The notes below the pieces were generated by a model. It was not told the origin of the DNA, ran no database searches, and was given only the letters and a program-made list of their open reading frames with translations. A program made the translations under genes and the position numbers. DNA of 64,000 nt from an uncultured Thermoplasmatales archaeon (GTDB lineage Archaea > Thermoplasmatota > E2 > DHVEG-1): assembly GCA_964467345.1 (NCBI GenBank), contig CAYXPY010000006.1, positions 5,303-69,302 of the forward strand, given 5' to 3'. Positions 28,360 to 38,409 of the stretch are shown here, in pieces (within the stretch, counting starts at the first letter, position 1; every line of letters begins with the position of its first letter).

Positions 28360-28566
28360 CGTGTTTCCTTCCTTTTTTTTTGGGGTTGATATTTTCAGTC
28401 GGTATTTAAGAGTTCTTACCCTGTGATGTGCGAGTGTAAATAAGCAGGAAAATCAGAAAACCACCTGAGGGGCTCTTTCTTTTCGTACGTCCTATTCGAA
28501 ACGCTTTTTATGAGTCAAGAATCGAAAACTACATAAGGAAGAAATACATGGCAGCGGAGAATTCAT

Positions 28567-29373
28567 ATGAAGAAAACAGTAGTCGTTATCCTTGCAGCGT
28601 TCCTCGCCTTGACTGTTGTAGTCCCCATCGGTAGCGCAAGTGATGCTGGTGTGGTCGCCGACCAACACATCGTAACCATCTCCCTTGCAAGCACCGGTCT
28701 TCAGGTTGAAGAAACAATCAAGGTAACCAATGAGGGCGACCAGAATGTCACTTCGTTACGGTTCTGGATTCAGCAAAGCATCCTTGGTGCTGTCAAAATC
28801 GTTGAGCTGCAATCAGGAAAGGAACTTGTCCCGCTCATCACAGGAAACATCCGTACCTGTAATCTGAGTGCAGCGAATCTTTCAATACTCCCTCAGGGGT
28901 CTCTGACTCTGGAGGTCACCTATTTTCTGCCGGCAAATGAACAGGATTTCGTAAAAACCCTTCTCTATGATAGCACCTTTTTCTCAGTCACCTACGAGGA
29001 CCGGGATCTCTTCAAAGGGGAACATCTGCTGTATGGCTCTGATGTCAACAACGCGATTCGGATTCGTCTCTACAAGCCAACAGAAGCCCCGTTGAACATC
29101 ACCATGATCATCCTCATATTTGCTGTTGTCATCCTCGTGCTTGCCGCCCTTCTGTTCCTTCTGAAGAAGCAACGCTCGAAGACCAAAAAAACAGTCATAG
29201 AGTCAGAAGAGACCCTTACAACGAAAAAAACACTGCTGCTGTCCCTGTTAAAGGACTTGGAAAAACAATATCGTGCGCAATCCATCTCCGCTGAGACCTA
29301 CAACAAGATAAAGGATGACTACAAACAGCAAGCGGTTGACGCGATGAAAAAACTGGATGATCTGAAGAAATAA
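28567..29373 (+). CDS. Exported single-pass membrane protein with a cytoplasmic coiled tail
   Basis: Signal peptide, TM at about residues 180-200, tail LLKDLEKQYRAQSISAETYNKIKDDYK. Confidence 0.7.
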   Translation: MKKTVVVILAAFLALTVVVPIGSASDAGVVADQHIVTISLASTGLQVEETIKVTNEGDQNVTSLRFWIQQSILGAVKIVELQSGKELVPLITGNIRTCNLSAANLSILPQGSLTLEVTYFLPANEQDFVKTLLYDSTFFSVTYEDRDLFKGEHLLYGSDVNNAIRIRLYKPTEAPLNITMIILIFAVVILVLAALLFLLKKQRSKTKKTVIESEETLTTKKTLLLSLLKDLEKQYRAQSISAETYNKIKDDYKQQAVDAMKKLDDLKK

Positions 29374-29375
29374 CC

Positions 29376-30815
29376 CTAAAAATCAAAGATGCTGGGTTGT
29401 TTCAGATCACCGTCTTCTTTTTTTTCCTCTTCAACGATTTTCTTCTCAACAGATTCGATCAGGATCTCGCCTTGTTTTTCGTCAGATTTCTCAGCACATT
29501 GCACGATATCTTTCATCCGATGAAGGTACTTCTCTCCTAAAAGATATTTAACCTCGCTTTCAGAGAAACCCAACTGTTTAATCATCTTGCAGGCAAACCG
29601 GGGGCTGTTCCGAAACAATGATTGGAACTGGGGGAGAATGGCATCTCTGGTCTTCCGATCCGAGCTATGGCTTTTTTGCGAGATTTTTTTTACCACGCTG
29701 TCGCGTGTTGCTCGAGAGGCTTGGTTGGCCTTCATCTGCTTTATCCATGTGGGGAATGCATACTGGTTGTTACCGTAGCTATGTGTTTTTGCTACGGAGA
29801 CCCCTGCGCTCATCAGGTCGCAGGCGTAAGACCACAGCTCATAGGCTCGTATTTTGTTGACTCTTCCGAAGAACACATCTGCCTTTGAGACAGCGTCATA
29901 TCCTTGCACAAGATCCTCAGAATCGAGGTATTCTCTTGGGAGGTTTTCACTGATCCACAGGAGCAGCATCTCTGGTTGCACATCGGTGTTTCTCATACAA
30001 TCCCGGCTGTTCTGCATGTTTTTTGTCTTGAACACTTCCCGTAACGCATCAAAGATAAGGGTTTCTCTGTCGCGGTATCCAAGGACATCGATGTCTTCGA
30101 AGCTGAGCTGTTTGCGGTTCAGAGACAGGGATTGAAGATCATTGACCGCTGAGCGGACGTCTCCTTTTGACCGATCAGCGATGGTTTTTAACACCCGGAT
30201 GTCTGCTACGATGTCTTCTTGTCTGCAGATTCGTTTCAGCAACTCAACAATGGATGATGAGCCTACTTCGTAGAATTGAATGACCGTGCAGAGGGATTTG
30301 AGTATCTCCCCGCCTCCTTTTGTCAGATTATAAAAATCATTGACGATGAGGATGATTGGTTGTTTCGTTATCTTTATTGTGTCGATGATTGCTTTCTTGC
30401 CACCTTTATCTCCCAGTGAACTGTCTGCTTCTGATTTGTCGAGTTTCTCATAGAGGTTATCTGCCTCGTCAAGAACGATCAGCTTTCGACCTCCCTTCCT
30501 GGAGGGGGTGAATCCTCCGCTGCTATCAAACGTTTCGTTGATGGCACCTGCTGTAGCAACGCGTTTTATCGCAGTCTCATTGCGTGTATCTGATGCGTTC
30601 AATTCTAAGATGGTCCATCCAAGGTCTGCGGCAAGGGCAAGAGCACTGCTGGTCTTTCCGGTCCCTGGTTTTCCTGAAAGGATGGCTGCGCGTTTCTCTG
30701 GGATTTTCCCCTGGTTCCATCGTCCCGCCCAGAGACGTAGGCTTGAGAGGGCACGATCGTTCCCTACCACGTCACGCAATTTCCTTGGCCGGTATTTCTC
30801 AGTCCAGTCCTCCAT
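29376..30815 (-). CDS. rfcL: Replication factor C large subunit
   Basis: DWTEKYRP, GKPGTGKTS Walker A, ELNASD, LDEAD; C-terminal PIP box QPSIFDF. Confidence 0.95.
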   Translation of the reverse strand: MEDWTEKYRPRKLRDVVGNDRALSSLRLWAGRWNQGKIPEKRAAILSGKPGTGKTSSALALAADLGWTILELNASDTRNETAIKRVATAGAINETFDSSGGFTPSRKGGRKLIVLDEADNLYEKLDKSEADSSLGDKGGKKAIIDTIKITKQPIILIVNDFYNLTKGGGEILKSLCTVIQFYEVGSSSIVELLKRICRQEDIVADIRVLKTIADRSKGDVRSAVNDLQSLSLNRKQLSFEDIDVLGYRDRETLIFDALREVFKTKNMQNSRDCMRNTDVQPEMLLLWISENLPREYLDSEDLVQGYDAVSKADVFFGRVNKIRAYELWSYACDLMSAGVSVAKTHSYGNNQYAFPTWIKQMKANQASRATRDSVVKKISQKSHSSDRKTRDAILPQFQSLFRNSPRFACKMIKQLGFSESEVKYLLGEKYLHRMKDIVQCAEKSDEKQGEILIESVEKKIVEEEKKEDGDLKQPSIFDF

Positions 30816-30903
30816 ACTCTATTTGATAGAAAGAGACAGTATTTTAAGATTTGTTTTGACATAACCTTTTTATCGGTCTGGTTTATTATCTCCCACTCCG
30901 GAT

Positions 30904-30986
30904 GCGGGGATGGCCCAGCCCGGTAAGGCGTTGGATTGCTAATCCAATGGTCTCTGACCTCGGGAGTTCGAATCTCCCTCCCCGCG
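30904..30986 (+). tRNA. tRNA-Ser(GCT)
   Basis: GCGGGGA...TTGGA-TTGCTAA-TCCAA, long variable arm, GGGAG-TTCGAAT-CTCCC-TCCCCGC-G. Confidence 0.95.
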
Positions 30987-31042
30987 CTAACATATATTAC
31001 GGTAAATGTTGTTAGAAGAAATCAGAACCGTTTTAGTCTCTA

Positions 31043-31066
31043 GGGGTTCAAATCCCTTCCCCTGCA
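31043..31066 (+). repeat. tRNA 3'-end-like fragment, copy 1 (att-like)
   Basis: GGGGTTCAAATCCCTTCCCCTGCA = T-arm plus acceptor 3' strand; no D or anticodon arm upstream. Confidence 0.65.
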
Positions 31067-31130
31067 TACTTACCTATTGTTTTATATTTAATAATGATTT
31101 CTTTGAATAAAGACAAATCAGAGTGAAAAA

Positions 31131-32015
31131 ATGAAACAACCAGATGATGTAGTCTATGAACATACCCAGGTTGAGAATATTCTTCACCGTGTGAATGTAT
31201 GGTTTTTACCTTTTCGATGGGGAATCAATACATATCGTGGTTGTGAACACAACTGCATCTACTGTAACGCAAGATACACCCATGAGTACCTTGGGTTACC
31301 AACTGGTGAGTTCGCCTATCAAATAATAATTAAAGATAATGCAGCAGAGATTCTTGACAAAGAACTTTCAAAAGAAAAATGGAATAAGAAATGGACGGTT
31401 AATTTATCAACTGTTACCGACCCGTATCAACCAGCAGAGCGTCAATTTAAAATAACAAGAGACGTCCTAAAGGTGTTTCTCAAGCATCATAACGCTCTTT
31501 TGGTTACAACTAAATCAGATTTGATTATGAGAGATTTAGATATTCTTTCGGAGATAGCACAAACAGGTTTTCTTAATGTCGTCCTTACTATTCCTATGTT
31601 AGATGAAGAGTTAAGAAAAAAGATGGAACCCAAGGCACCAAGTATCCAAAAACGGGTTGAAGTCCTAAATAAGATTCATAGTGCAGGTGTTACAGTTGGT
31701 GTCACGGCAATTCCCCTTTTTCCTTACATATCAGATGGCGAGAAGGATTTGGAAAAACTCATTAAAACCCTGGCAGAGAATGGTGCTGATTATGTGATTA
31801 TAGATACGCTTAATTTCCGTGAAGAGTCAAGAAACAGAATCATACCTTTTATCAAAGAGCAGTATCCAACATTGGTTCCAAATTATGAAGAACTCTATAA
31901 AACAATTTACTGTGACAAAGAATATGCAAAACAGGTTAGAAAATATGCGAACAGATTTATTAAGAAATATAACGTAGATAAATACGATAAAATGTTTTCT
32001 TATCACAAAAGTTAA
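31131..32015 (+). CDS. SplB/Rv2578c-like radical SAM protein (COG1533 type)
   Basis: INTYRGCEHNCIYCNAR, STVTDPYQPAE, TTKSDLIMRDLD, MEPKAPS...R, PLFPYISD. Confidence 0.88.
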   Translation: MKQPDDVVYEHTQVENILHRVNVWFLPFRWGINTYRGCEHNCIYCNARYTHEYLGLPTGEFAYQIIIKDNAAEILDKELSKEKWNKKWTVNLSTVTDPYQPAERQFKITRDVLKVFLKHHNALLVTTKSDLIMRDLDILSEIAQTGFLNVVLTIPMLDEELRKKMEPKAPSIQKRVEVLNKIHSAGVTVGVTAIPLFPYISDGEKDLEKLIKTLAENGADYVIIDTLNFREESRNRIIPFIKEQYPTLVPNYEELYKTIYCDKEYAKQVRKYANRFIKKYNVDKYDKMFSYHKS

Positions 32016-32075
32016 TCTTTTTATGTCAACAGGAGTAAATCATCCTCTGTCAATCTTTATCGTACTGGTAATCGT

Positions 32076-32097
32076 GGGTTCAAATCCCTTCCCTGCA
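32076..32097 (+). repeat. tRNA 3'-end-like fragment, copy 2 (att-like)
   Basis: GGGTTCAAATCCCTTCCCTGCA; differs from copy 1 by one C. Confidence 0.65.
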
Positions 32098-32408
32098 CTA
32101 TTAATTTTATTTAATCGAAAAAACTCATGCAACAGATATGAAATTAACAAATATGTTAACAAATGCGAGTCTAAATCTCCTTCCTCGCGTATTATTTATC
32201 ATGGTTCTAATTGCTACGAATGTTAAAAGAAGGGACAAAACGAATCAATTTCGATAATTATAAGATTTGATTCTCTTTTCCACCCCTATCAATTTTAATT
32301 TGTTATAAAAAAAAAATCTACAACATGACCATAAATTAATGATAGAAAATAATAATTGGTTTTTATACTAAATAACTGATTTGGATATAACCGATACGGA
32401 GAATAGAA

Positions 32409-32861
32409 ATGAACATCAGCATCATATACGAGTCTAAATATGGGAATGGAAAACAAGCGATGACGTATCTTGAAAAAATCTTAAGCAATAAAGGATTTTC
32501 TGTCCAACTCCTGTCAATTCATGAACTTAAACCACACATGCTTCCCGAATCGGATTTGTATATTTTTAGTGCACCGAATGCGTTTGGAAAAATCGTACGA
32601 TCCATGAGGAAATTTCTAGAGAAAATAGAGATACAAAGTCCATCTGCGCGATATATTCTTTTTAACACCTGTCTAAATCCAACATCGAAACAGGACAGAG
32701 GTCTTGAACAGATGGAAGAAATTCTCCAGGAAAAAAATATCACGAAGTTATCTGAAGGAGTAAAACTCAAGGTCATGGCAATGAAGGGACCCCTTGAAAC
32801 AGGATATGAAAAAAAACTTGATGAGATGGCTGAGACGATTCAATCAACTCTTAAGATATAA
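32409..32861 (+). CDS. Flavodoxin-domain protein (Flavodoxin_5-like)
   Basis: IIYESKYGNGKQAM, FSAPNAFG. Confidence 0.8.
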   Translation: MNISIIYESKYGNGKQAMTYLEKILSNKGFSVQLLSIHELKPHMLPESDLYIFSAPNAFGKIVRSMRKFLEKIEIQSPSARYILFNTCLNPTSKQDRGLEQMEEILQEKNITKLSEGVKLKVMAMKGPLETGYEKKLDEMAETIQSTLKI

Positions 32862-32946
32862 GCACTGGTTATAAATCAACATTGAAAAATAAACATAAAC
32901 TCTAAAAATAATAACATAATATCAAAAAAAGAGAAGGCTACATAAC

Positions 32947-33519
32947 ATGAACGGAAGACCTCATGGGCTCATTGTTTATGGCACTAGTTTTGGTGCAACG
33001 AAGGCAACCTCTGAAGAAATTGCACAAATACTTCGAGCGGAAAACTTCGATATTAAGATTGTCAATGCACAAGAGGAAAAAATCAGAGACATCTCTGAGT
33101 ATCAACTCATCATCGTTGGTAGTAGCTTGGCAAATTGCAGATGGAATAACCAAGCAGAGGATTTTTTAAAAAGATTCCATAAAGAATTAGATCAGAAAAA
33201 GTTGGCTCTCTTCGTATCCTCTGTAATCACAATCGCTGAACGAGAAGGAAACAAAGAAGAAATTGTCAAAGCACGGAAATTTGCCTTAGAAGATAAAATA
33301 TCAAAGTATAGCCTCAAGCCTATCATGACAGGTATGTTTGGTGGTATCTTGAACTATAATAAAATGGGGCTCCTCGCACGGAAAGGGATGGAAATCGCTT
33401 TCAAATCGCGACTTCAAAAAAACGGATTTAAAGAGGTTCAACCTGGTGTTTATGATTTGCACAATTGGGATGAGATTCGAAGCTGGGCTAGAGATCTCGC
33501 CAAAAAGGCACGTGAATAA
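32947..33519 (+). CDS. Flavodoxin-domain protein (HemG-like)
   Basis: IVYGTSFGATKATSEEIA, IIVGSS, FGGILNY, YDLHNWDEIRSWA. Confidence 0.85.
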   Translation: MNGRPHGLIVYGTSFGATKATSEEIAQILRAENFDIKIVNAQEEKIRDISEYQLIIVGSSLANCRWNNQAEDFLKRFHKELDQKKLALFVSSVITIAEREGNKEEIVKARKFALEDKISKYSLKPIMTGMFGGILNYNKMGLLARKGMEIAFKSRLQKNGFKEVQPGVYDLHNWDEIRSWARDLAKKARE

Positions 33520-33566
33520 ACGCGTACAAAGAGCATAATTGGAAATCAGAAATGATGTGACAGTAT

Positions 33567-33938
33567 ATGAACCATGACAGCAAATCAAAGAAAGCGTTGA
33601 TTCTGTCTTTAGTAGCAGGTATTCTCATAATGAGTAATACGATACTGCTGGGAGTTGCAGCAACGTGGTTTCCGAAGATTATACCGACGCTTCCAGGAGG
33701 GACCGCGAATGATACTCAGACTCTTCATATGCTTACCGCTATTGGATTGATACTTGGTGTTCTGGTTTTATTTGCAGCAATACTGCTGCATATTAAACCT
33801 GTTCATAAAAGAGTATGGGGGATACTTGTTGTAGTGTTCTCGATACCAAGCGTCATCACGGGTGGGGGGTTCATCATCGGTTTCATATTAGGTATCATAG
33901 GTGGAGCGTTATCGCTTTCACGAAAACCTGACGTATAA
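33567..33938 (+). CDS. Small membrane protein (DUF6114-like)
   Basis: LSLVAGILI...FSIPSVITGGGFIIGFILGIIGGAL. Confidence 0.7.
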   Translation: MNHDSKSKKALILSLVAGILIMSNTILLGVAATWFPKIIPTLPGGTANDTQTLHMLTAIGLILGVLVLFAAILLHIKPVHKRVWGILVVVFSIPSVITGGGFIIGFILGIIGGALSLSRKPDV

Positions 33939-33944
33939 AGGACA

Positions 33945-34478
33945 GTGGGAATAATGGTTGAAATTATGGAAATTTCTGTTGCTGTTGCAGCAGTAGGTGT
34001 TTTGATCGGTTTTGTTTACTATATTTTACAGATGAGATATCAGAATAATGTCAGGAGAGCGGACTTGCTCATAAGACTTTATTCTACTACGAACAGCAAA
34101 GAAATCGCAGATTCAGCTTGGAACGTGTCCCGCCTCCAGGTTAAAGATTATGGGGATTATGTAAAACAGTATGGTTCATTTCTCTCAGAAAACCCAATGC
34201 ACAGAGATGTAGTGAAAATTCTTGGTATTTATGATTTAATCGGCAGTCTTCTTTTCAAGAAACTCATAGACCCGGATCTTGCTTCCAATATTTTGGGTGT
34301 GGGTCACACCAAGATGCTCTACGAGCGGCTCAAACCAATACTAGTAGGAATCAGAAGAGAAACTAATGAGCCAGGAGCATATTCTGGGTTTGATTACCTC
34401 GTTAAGGAACTTACAAGATTAGAGCCTCAATTAAAAAAAACAACAGCACTCATGCAGGGTTCCTCAGAATTACCTTAA
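33945..34478 (+). CDS. DUF4760-like protein with N-terminal TM
   Basis: AVAAVGVLIGFVYYILQMRYQNNVRRADLLIRLY...YDLIGSLLFKKLID...FDYL. Confidence 0.7.
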   Translation: MGIMVEIMEISVAVAAVGVLIGFVYYILQMRYQNNVRRADLLIRLYSTTNSKEIADSAWNVSRLQVKDYGDYVKQYGSFLSENPMHRDVVKILGIYDLIGSLLFKKLIDPDLASNILGVGHTKMLYERLKPILVGIRRETNEPGAYSGFDYLVKELTRLEPQLKKTTALMQGSSELP

Positions 34479-34596
34479 CAGAGTACACAATATTAATATT
34501 TTTCGAAGCACAGTCAATTCCTCCTACCAAATAATTCGTTTTCATATAACTGATATAAAACCATTTTTTTCCTTGATTTTTATGCACTGAAAATCG

Positions 34597-35541
34597 TTAT
34601 TCTAAAAAGTATTCACCAGTCCCAAAGTTGTACCGGGACTGAAAAATTTTTGATAGATGATCAGTACCAGTAGTAATATTCTCATATGCCTCTGGTTTGT
34701 TTTTGAGAAAATAGTCAAACCACCCGGTTGCATATCGGAGGCAGAGATCTTTTTGCCATGGGGGGCATAAACAATATTTTCCAAATGCTGCGGTAAAACC
34801 AATATGTGTCCCCCATTGTATTGCTATCAGCTCTTTTGGGGGATTTGCATTTTTATAACAAAGGGATGCTATCGGGATACTAAATGTGATATCAAAACAT
34901 CCTACTTGGAATTGAATAGGCACAGCTACATCATGTACGGTGACAACACTCCCCTGAGACAATGCGACTACAGCATCTATCCTTTTATCAACGGCAGCAG
35001 TCTGTGTCACTACGATACTGCCCATCGAATGGCCAATAAGACCAAGTCTTTCACCATCAACCAGATCTCTCACCGGGCTGTCATGTAGTAAATATGTTGT
35101 CGCATCCATGGTTGCCATCACGAATTCATCCCGAGCGTAATGAAAATAAACTTCAAAAAAGGTGCTAAACCGTAGATAAAAATTCAAGGAAGGAATTGAA
35201 ATGGATCTATTGCCTAGCATGCCTTCGGATCGGCCTTGGCCTGGGAAATCAAAGAATAAGACAACATAGCCTTGTTCTGCTAAGGCATTCGGTATCCAGT
35301 TATATGCCTCTGCATAACCAGCGAATCCTTCACAAAAAACGATCCCTGGGTATGTTTCAGATTGGTCGGAGGGATAGTAGATCTCACCATACAATGTATA
35401 ATTATTACTTTCAAATGTGACGGTTATCATTTCTACAGAGTCTGCGTTTGTAGTGTACGATGAGAGTGCTTTTTCTGGATGAACAACACAGGCACAACAA
35501 AGTAGTATGAGTAAGGAAACTGATACTAATCTTGGAAACAT
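34597..35541 (-). CDS. Secreted alpha/beta hydrolase
   Basis: Signal peptide, FDFPGQGRSEG, GLIGHSMG nucleophile elbow, GTHIGF. Confidence 0.85.
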   Translation of the reverse strand: MFPRLVSVSLLILLCCACVVHPEKALSSYTTNADSVEMITVTFESNNYTLYGEIYYPSDQSETYPGIVFCEGFAGYAEAYNWIPNALAEQGYVVLFFDFPGQGRSEGMLGNRSISIPSLNFYLRFSTFFEVYFHYARDEFVMATMDATTYLLHDSPVRDLVDGERLGLIGHSMGSIVVTQTAAVDKRIDAVVALSQGSVVTVHDVAVPIQFQVGCFDITFSIPIASLCYKNANPPKELIAIQWGTHIGFTAAFGKYCLCPPWQKDLCLRYATGWFDYFLKNKPEAYENITTGTDHLSKIFQSRYNFGTGEYFLE

Positions 35542-35746
35542 AACAAGATATCATGTATTTTCTCTCTTATAAGCATTTTTCATACTATTTATATCACTTC
35601 GGTTGACAAGGGTTATTTTTCGGTATGTTTTGTGTTCAAAGCCCTTTTCTCTTCTTATTTAATGGTGCAACAAAGTAGCACACTCAAAACCTTCGGAATA
35701 CTCAAAAAAAAAAATAGAAAGAAAGGCGAGGTGTTATATGATATCG

Positions 35747-36139
35747 TTATTTTTTTTGTTTTCGTCTGATGAGTAGTCCACTCCCAGCTAAACCAATAAG
35801 AACAACGACTCCAATGATTCCAAGCACGGGTAGGTTTAACGATGACGTCGCCTCTGAATTTGCTGTGGGATTTGGGCTGATCAACATATCGCCAGTATAG
35901 TTTTGATAATCGGGGAGTTCGTTGGTTTCGCCTTCCTCAACAATGTCATCGCCAGTAGCGATGAGCAGAGGTTCGGCAGTTCCTTCAGTCTCATCGATTG
36001 TATCGGTCATCCCCATATCTTCAGGGGCTTGGGTTTCCCTGACAATAGGGTCTTCTGCCGAGACGGATGCTGCCGTCATCATTATTACAAGGATTCCTAC
36101 AATGCTTATCATCGGTTTCCAACTTTTTTTTATTTTCAT
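35747..36139 (-). CDS. Small exported acidic protein with C-terminal TM anchor
   Basis: Signal peptide, acidic low-complexity middle, LGIIGVVVLIGLAGSGLLIRRKQKK. Confidence 0.7.
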   Translation of the reverse strand: MKIKKSWKPMISIVGILVIMMTAASVSAEDPIVRETQAPEDMGMTDTIDETEGTAEPLLIATGDDIVEEGETNELPDYQNYTGDMLISPNPTANSEATSSLNLPVLGIIGVVVLIGLAGSGLLIRRKQKK

Positions 36140-36449
36140 GGTCTTTCACCTTACTACCGATATTGTCGGTTTCCATTTATATAGTGTCTTAAAATGTTTG
36201 GAAAAAACCAAATAATAACCTCTATTTTTTTCATTTATTTCCAATTTATCTTATATAGATAAAGATTAACCAAAATAGCCTGAAAAACGAAAACGACCGG
36301 AGGAACTGAATCAGAATCCCCCTCTGGTCTATTATTATAATCAAGAATGTATCACATTTACTTTTCAGTATGAATGAATTGATATTTTTTATGGATTTTT
36401 ATCAAATTTTTTACTTATTTTTTTGTAAATACCCTAAAAGATTATTTTC

Positions 36450-37400
36450 TTATCTCCGGTAAGCTATATAGATATCTGCCTCAAGCATCACTCCCTCCTT
36501 ATAGAAATGATGCACAAAGTAGACATTCCCCAGAGAATCAAGGGTTGGCTCTCCAGCAAATTGAGAAACGATAAGTTCCGGTGATTGCCAGGTCCCATTT
36601 ATTTTTACAGATCGAAACACCGCCGGGGTACCAAGATACGTCCTGGTGAACCAGAGTTCCTTACCGTCAACGGAGAGATAGGGATAGCCTTCATCCTCAG
36701 CAGAATTGACCGTTTCGATATTCACCGGAACCTGCCATTCACCTGCGACTTTTGTTGACATCCAGATATCTCGTTTTCCGTTTCCCCCAACCCGTGAGGA
36801 ATGAAAATACAGCTCATCACCCTGGATGTGCAATTCTCCGACCTCATAGTCCGGGTTGAAAGCTGCTTGTTGCCAGTCCTGCCAACCCCCCTGTTGGAAT
36901 CGAGCGAAAAACCACTGAACACCACTATACCCTTCACGTGCGGAGCAAAACCAAAGAATGTTCTGGTCAACGCAGGCACATCCATCCAAAGCAAGCTTTC
37001 CTTTCTCCTGGAGCATGACCCGCTCTGGTTTCGTCCAGTTCCCCTCCTCCAAAAGGCAAACATAAATGCCGGTGACCTCGTCAAGAACCTGCCGTTCTGC
37101 TGGAACAGACACATCAGGGGTGAAGAAAAAATACAGCTCTGCCCCATCACTGGTAATAAAAGGTGAATCCTCAGCCCCCGCGGTGTTCACGGGTCCAGGG
37201 AGGGGGACTGGTTCGCTAAAATCAGATGAATGCATCTGAGGAGGATACTGATCGTCTGCAGGAGTAAGCTTGACGGCTGTCGATGGAATCTTACTGTCCC
37301 TCTCAGGAGTAATTATAGGCTCGCTTTTTTGTTGCTCCATACAACCCGTGACCATAAGTATGCTGCTGCAGAAAAGAATGATGATGCATAGTCTCTTCAT
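36450..37400 (-). CDS. Putative lipoprotein with PD40/TolB-like beta-propeller repeats
   Basis: ILMVTGC lipobox-like; PVNTAGAEDSPFITSDGAELYF, SSRVGGNGKRDIW, VNSAEDEGYPYLSVDGKELWF. Confidence 0.8.
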   Translation of the reverse strand: MKRLCIIILFCSSILMVTGCMEQQKSEPIITPERDSKIPSTAVKLTPADDQYPPQMHSSDFSEPVPLPGPVNTAGAEDSPFITSDGAELYFFFTPDVSVPAERQVLDEVTGIYVCLLEEGNWTKPERVMLQEKGKLALDGCACVDQNILWFCSAREGYSGVQWFFARFQQGGWQDWQQAAFNPDYEVGELHIQGDELYFHSSRVGGNGKRDIWMSTKVAGEWQVPVNIETVNSAEDEGYPYLSVDGKELWFTRTYLGTPAVFRSVKINGTWQSPELIVSQFAGEPTLDSLGNVYFVHHFYKEGVMLEADIYIAYRR

Positions 37401-37422
37401 GGGCCCTCATTTTTTTGATTAC

Positions 37423-38409
37423 TTATTCGTATGTATACCGCTCAAGTTCATAACTTTTCTTTGGCCGACTCTGTGTATACTGTGCTCGCTGGATGAACTG
37501 ACCACAGTTACTTCCGATCTGGTTCTCCTCAGGAACACCAATACTCAGTATCACATCATAACCTTTTTGTCGGAATTGTTCCACAAGTATTCCCGCTGAT
37601 GCCGCATCATAGGGGTTGATCACTGAGAGAAGACCGCGTTCCAATGATCGAACCGTCGGGTTCATCGGTGTAAGTTTTATCAGAAAGCAGTCAGAATCAA
37701 AAACAGCCCTGAGTTCTTCGACATCAAGAGGATATCCTTTTACCGCTGCGAAGTTCAGAGTGATTTTTTTATCGCCATTCTCCGGTTGAAAAAAACGTCC
37801 CCCATACTGTTTTATTTGTTCAAAAGACCATTTTTTCGCAGGAATCAGTTCATCGCGTTTCTTCTCATCAGAGGTGTGAAGCGAGAATTGGAGTTGAAAA
37901 CGCCCTTCAGGATAATATCTGTTTTTGATAACGATGAGCTCATCAAAAAACCGTTCCGCAGCTGTCGTGGAAGGGGCAATGGAAGAAAGTGATATATGCA
38001 ACGATCCTGCATCATATCGGGTGGGTAGTTCCTGTAGCACATCCAGTACCGCTGGATTAAGGGAGGGTTCCCCCATGCGCGCGAACTGGATTTTGAATTT
38101 TTCTGTGAGCGGTTTGCCCTCTGGGAATCTTCGGCGTACCATAAAATCAATCTGTGAAATGATCTCCTCAGCGGTAAGACTTCCTTGAAAATCCCCTCCT
38201 GCATCACACATCTTGCACTGGACCGGACAGCCAAACATTGAGGATACGATCAGCACCCATTTCTTCTCTCGGGACAAGGGCGGCTGAATCGATTCGACAC
38301 ATTCGATCAAGTATCTCGGATGACTTTGTTTTCCTGATAGGTCCTGCCGTAGTTGCATCACATAGACCTTTGCTATCTCATCCCGCCCGTACTCAGCAAT
38401 AATCCTCAT
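37423..38409 (-). CDS. RlmN/Cfr-like radical SAM protein (atypical)
   Basis: VSSMFGCPVQCKMCDAGG, ARMGEPSLN, QFSLH, GSNCGQ; lacks the Cys of the RlmN T-L-C-V-S-S-Q motif. Confidence 0.8.
   Translation of the reverse strand: MRIIAEYGRDEIAKVYVMQLRQDLSGKQSHPRYLIECVESIQPPLSREKKWVLIVSSMFGCPVQCKMCDAGGDFQGSLTAEEIISQIDFMVRRRFPEGKPLTEKFKIQFARMGEPSLNPAVLDVLQELPTRYDAGSLHISLSSIAPSTTAAERFFDELIVIKNRYYPEGRFQLQFSLHTSDEKKRDELIPAKKWSFEQIKQYGGRFFQPENGDKKITLNFAAVKGYPLDVEELRAVFDSDCFLIKLTPMNPTVRSLERGLLSVINPYDAASAGILVEQFRQKGYDVILSIGVPEENQIGSNCGQFIQRAQYTQSRPKKSYELERYTYE

Noticed and set aside
31043-32097. Additional intact tRNA genes or a CRISPR mini-array
   Set aside because: Only the T-arm and acceptor 3' strand are present. 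There are two copies about 1 kb apart, with no regular spacers and no cas genes.
32409-33519. hemG (protoporphyrinogen oxidase) assignment for the flavodoxin-like genes
   Set aside because: Only the fold-level motif is recognisable and there is no heme-biosynthesis context.
37423-38409. Ordinary rlmN/cfr (resistance) gene
   Set aside because: The resolving Cys is missing and the context is not translational, so no symbol was assigned.
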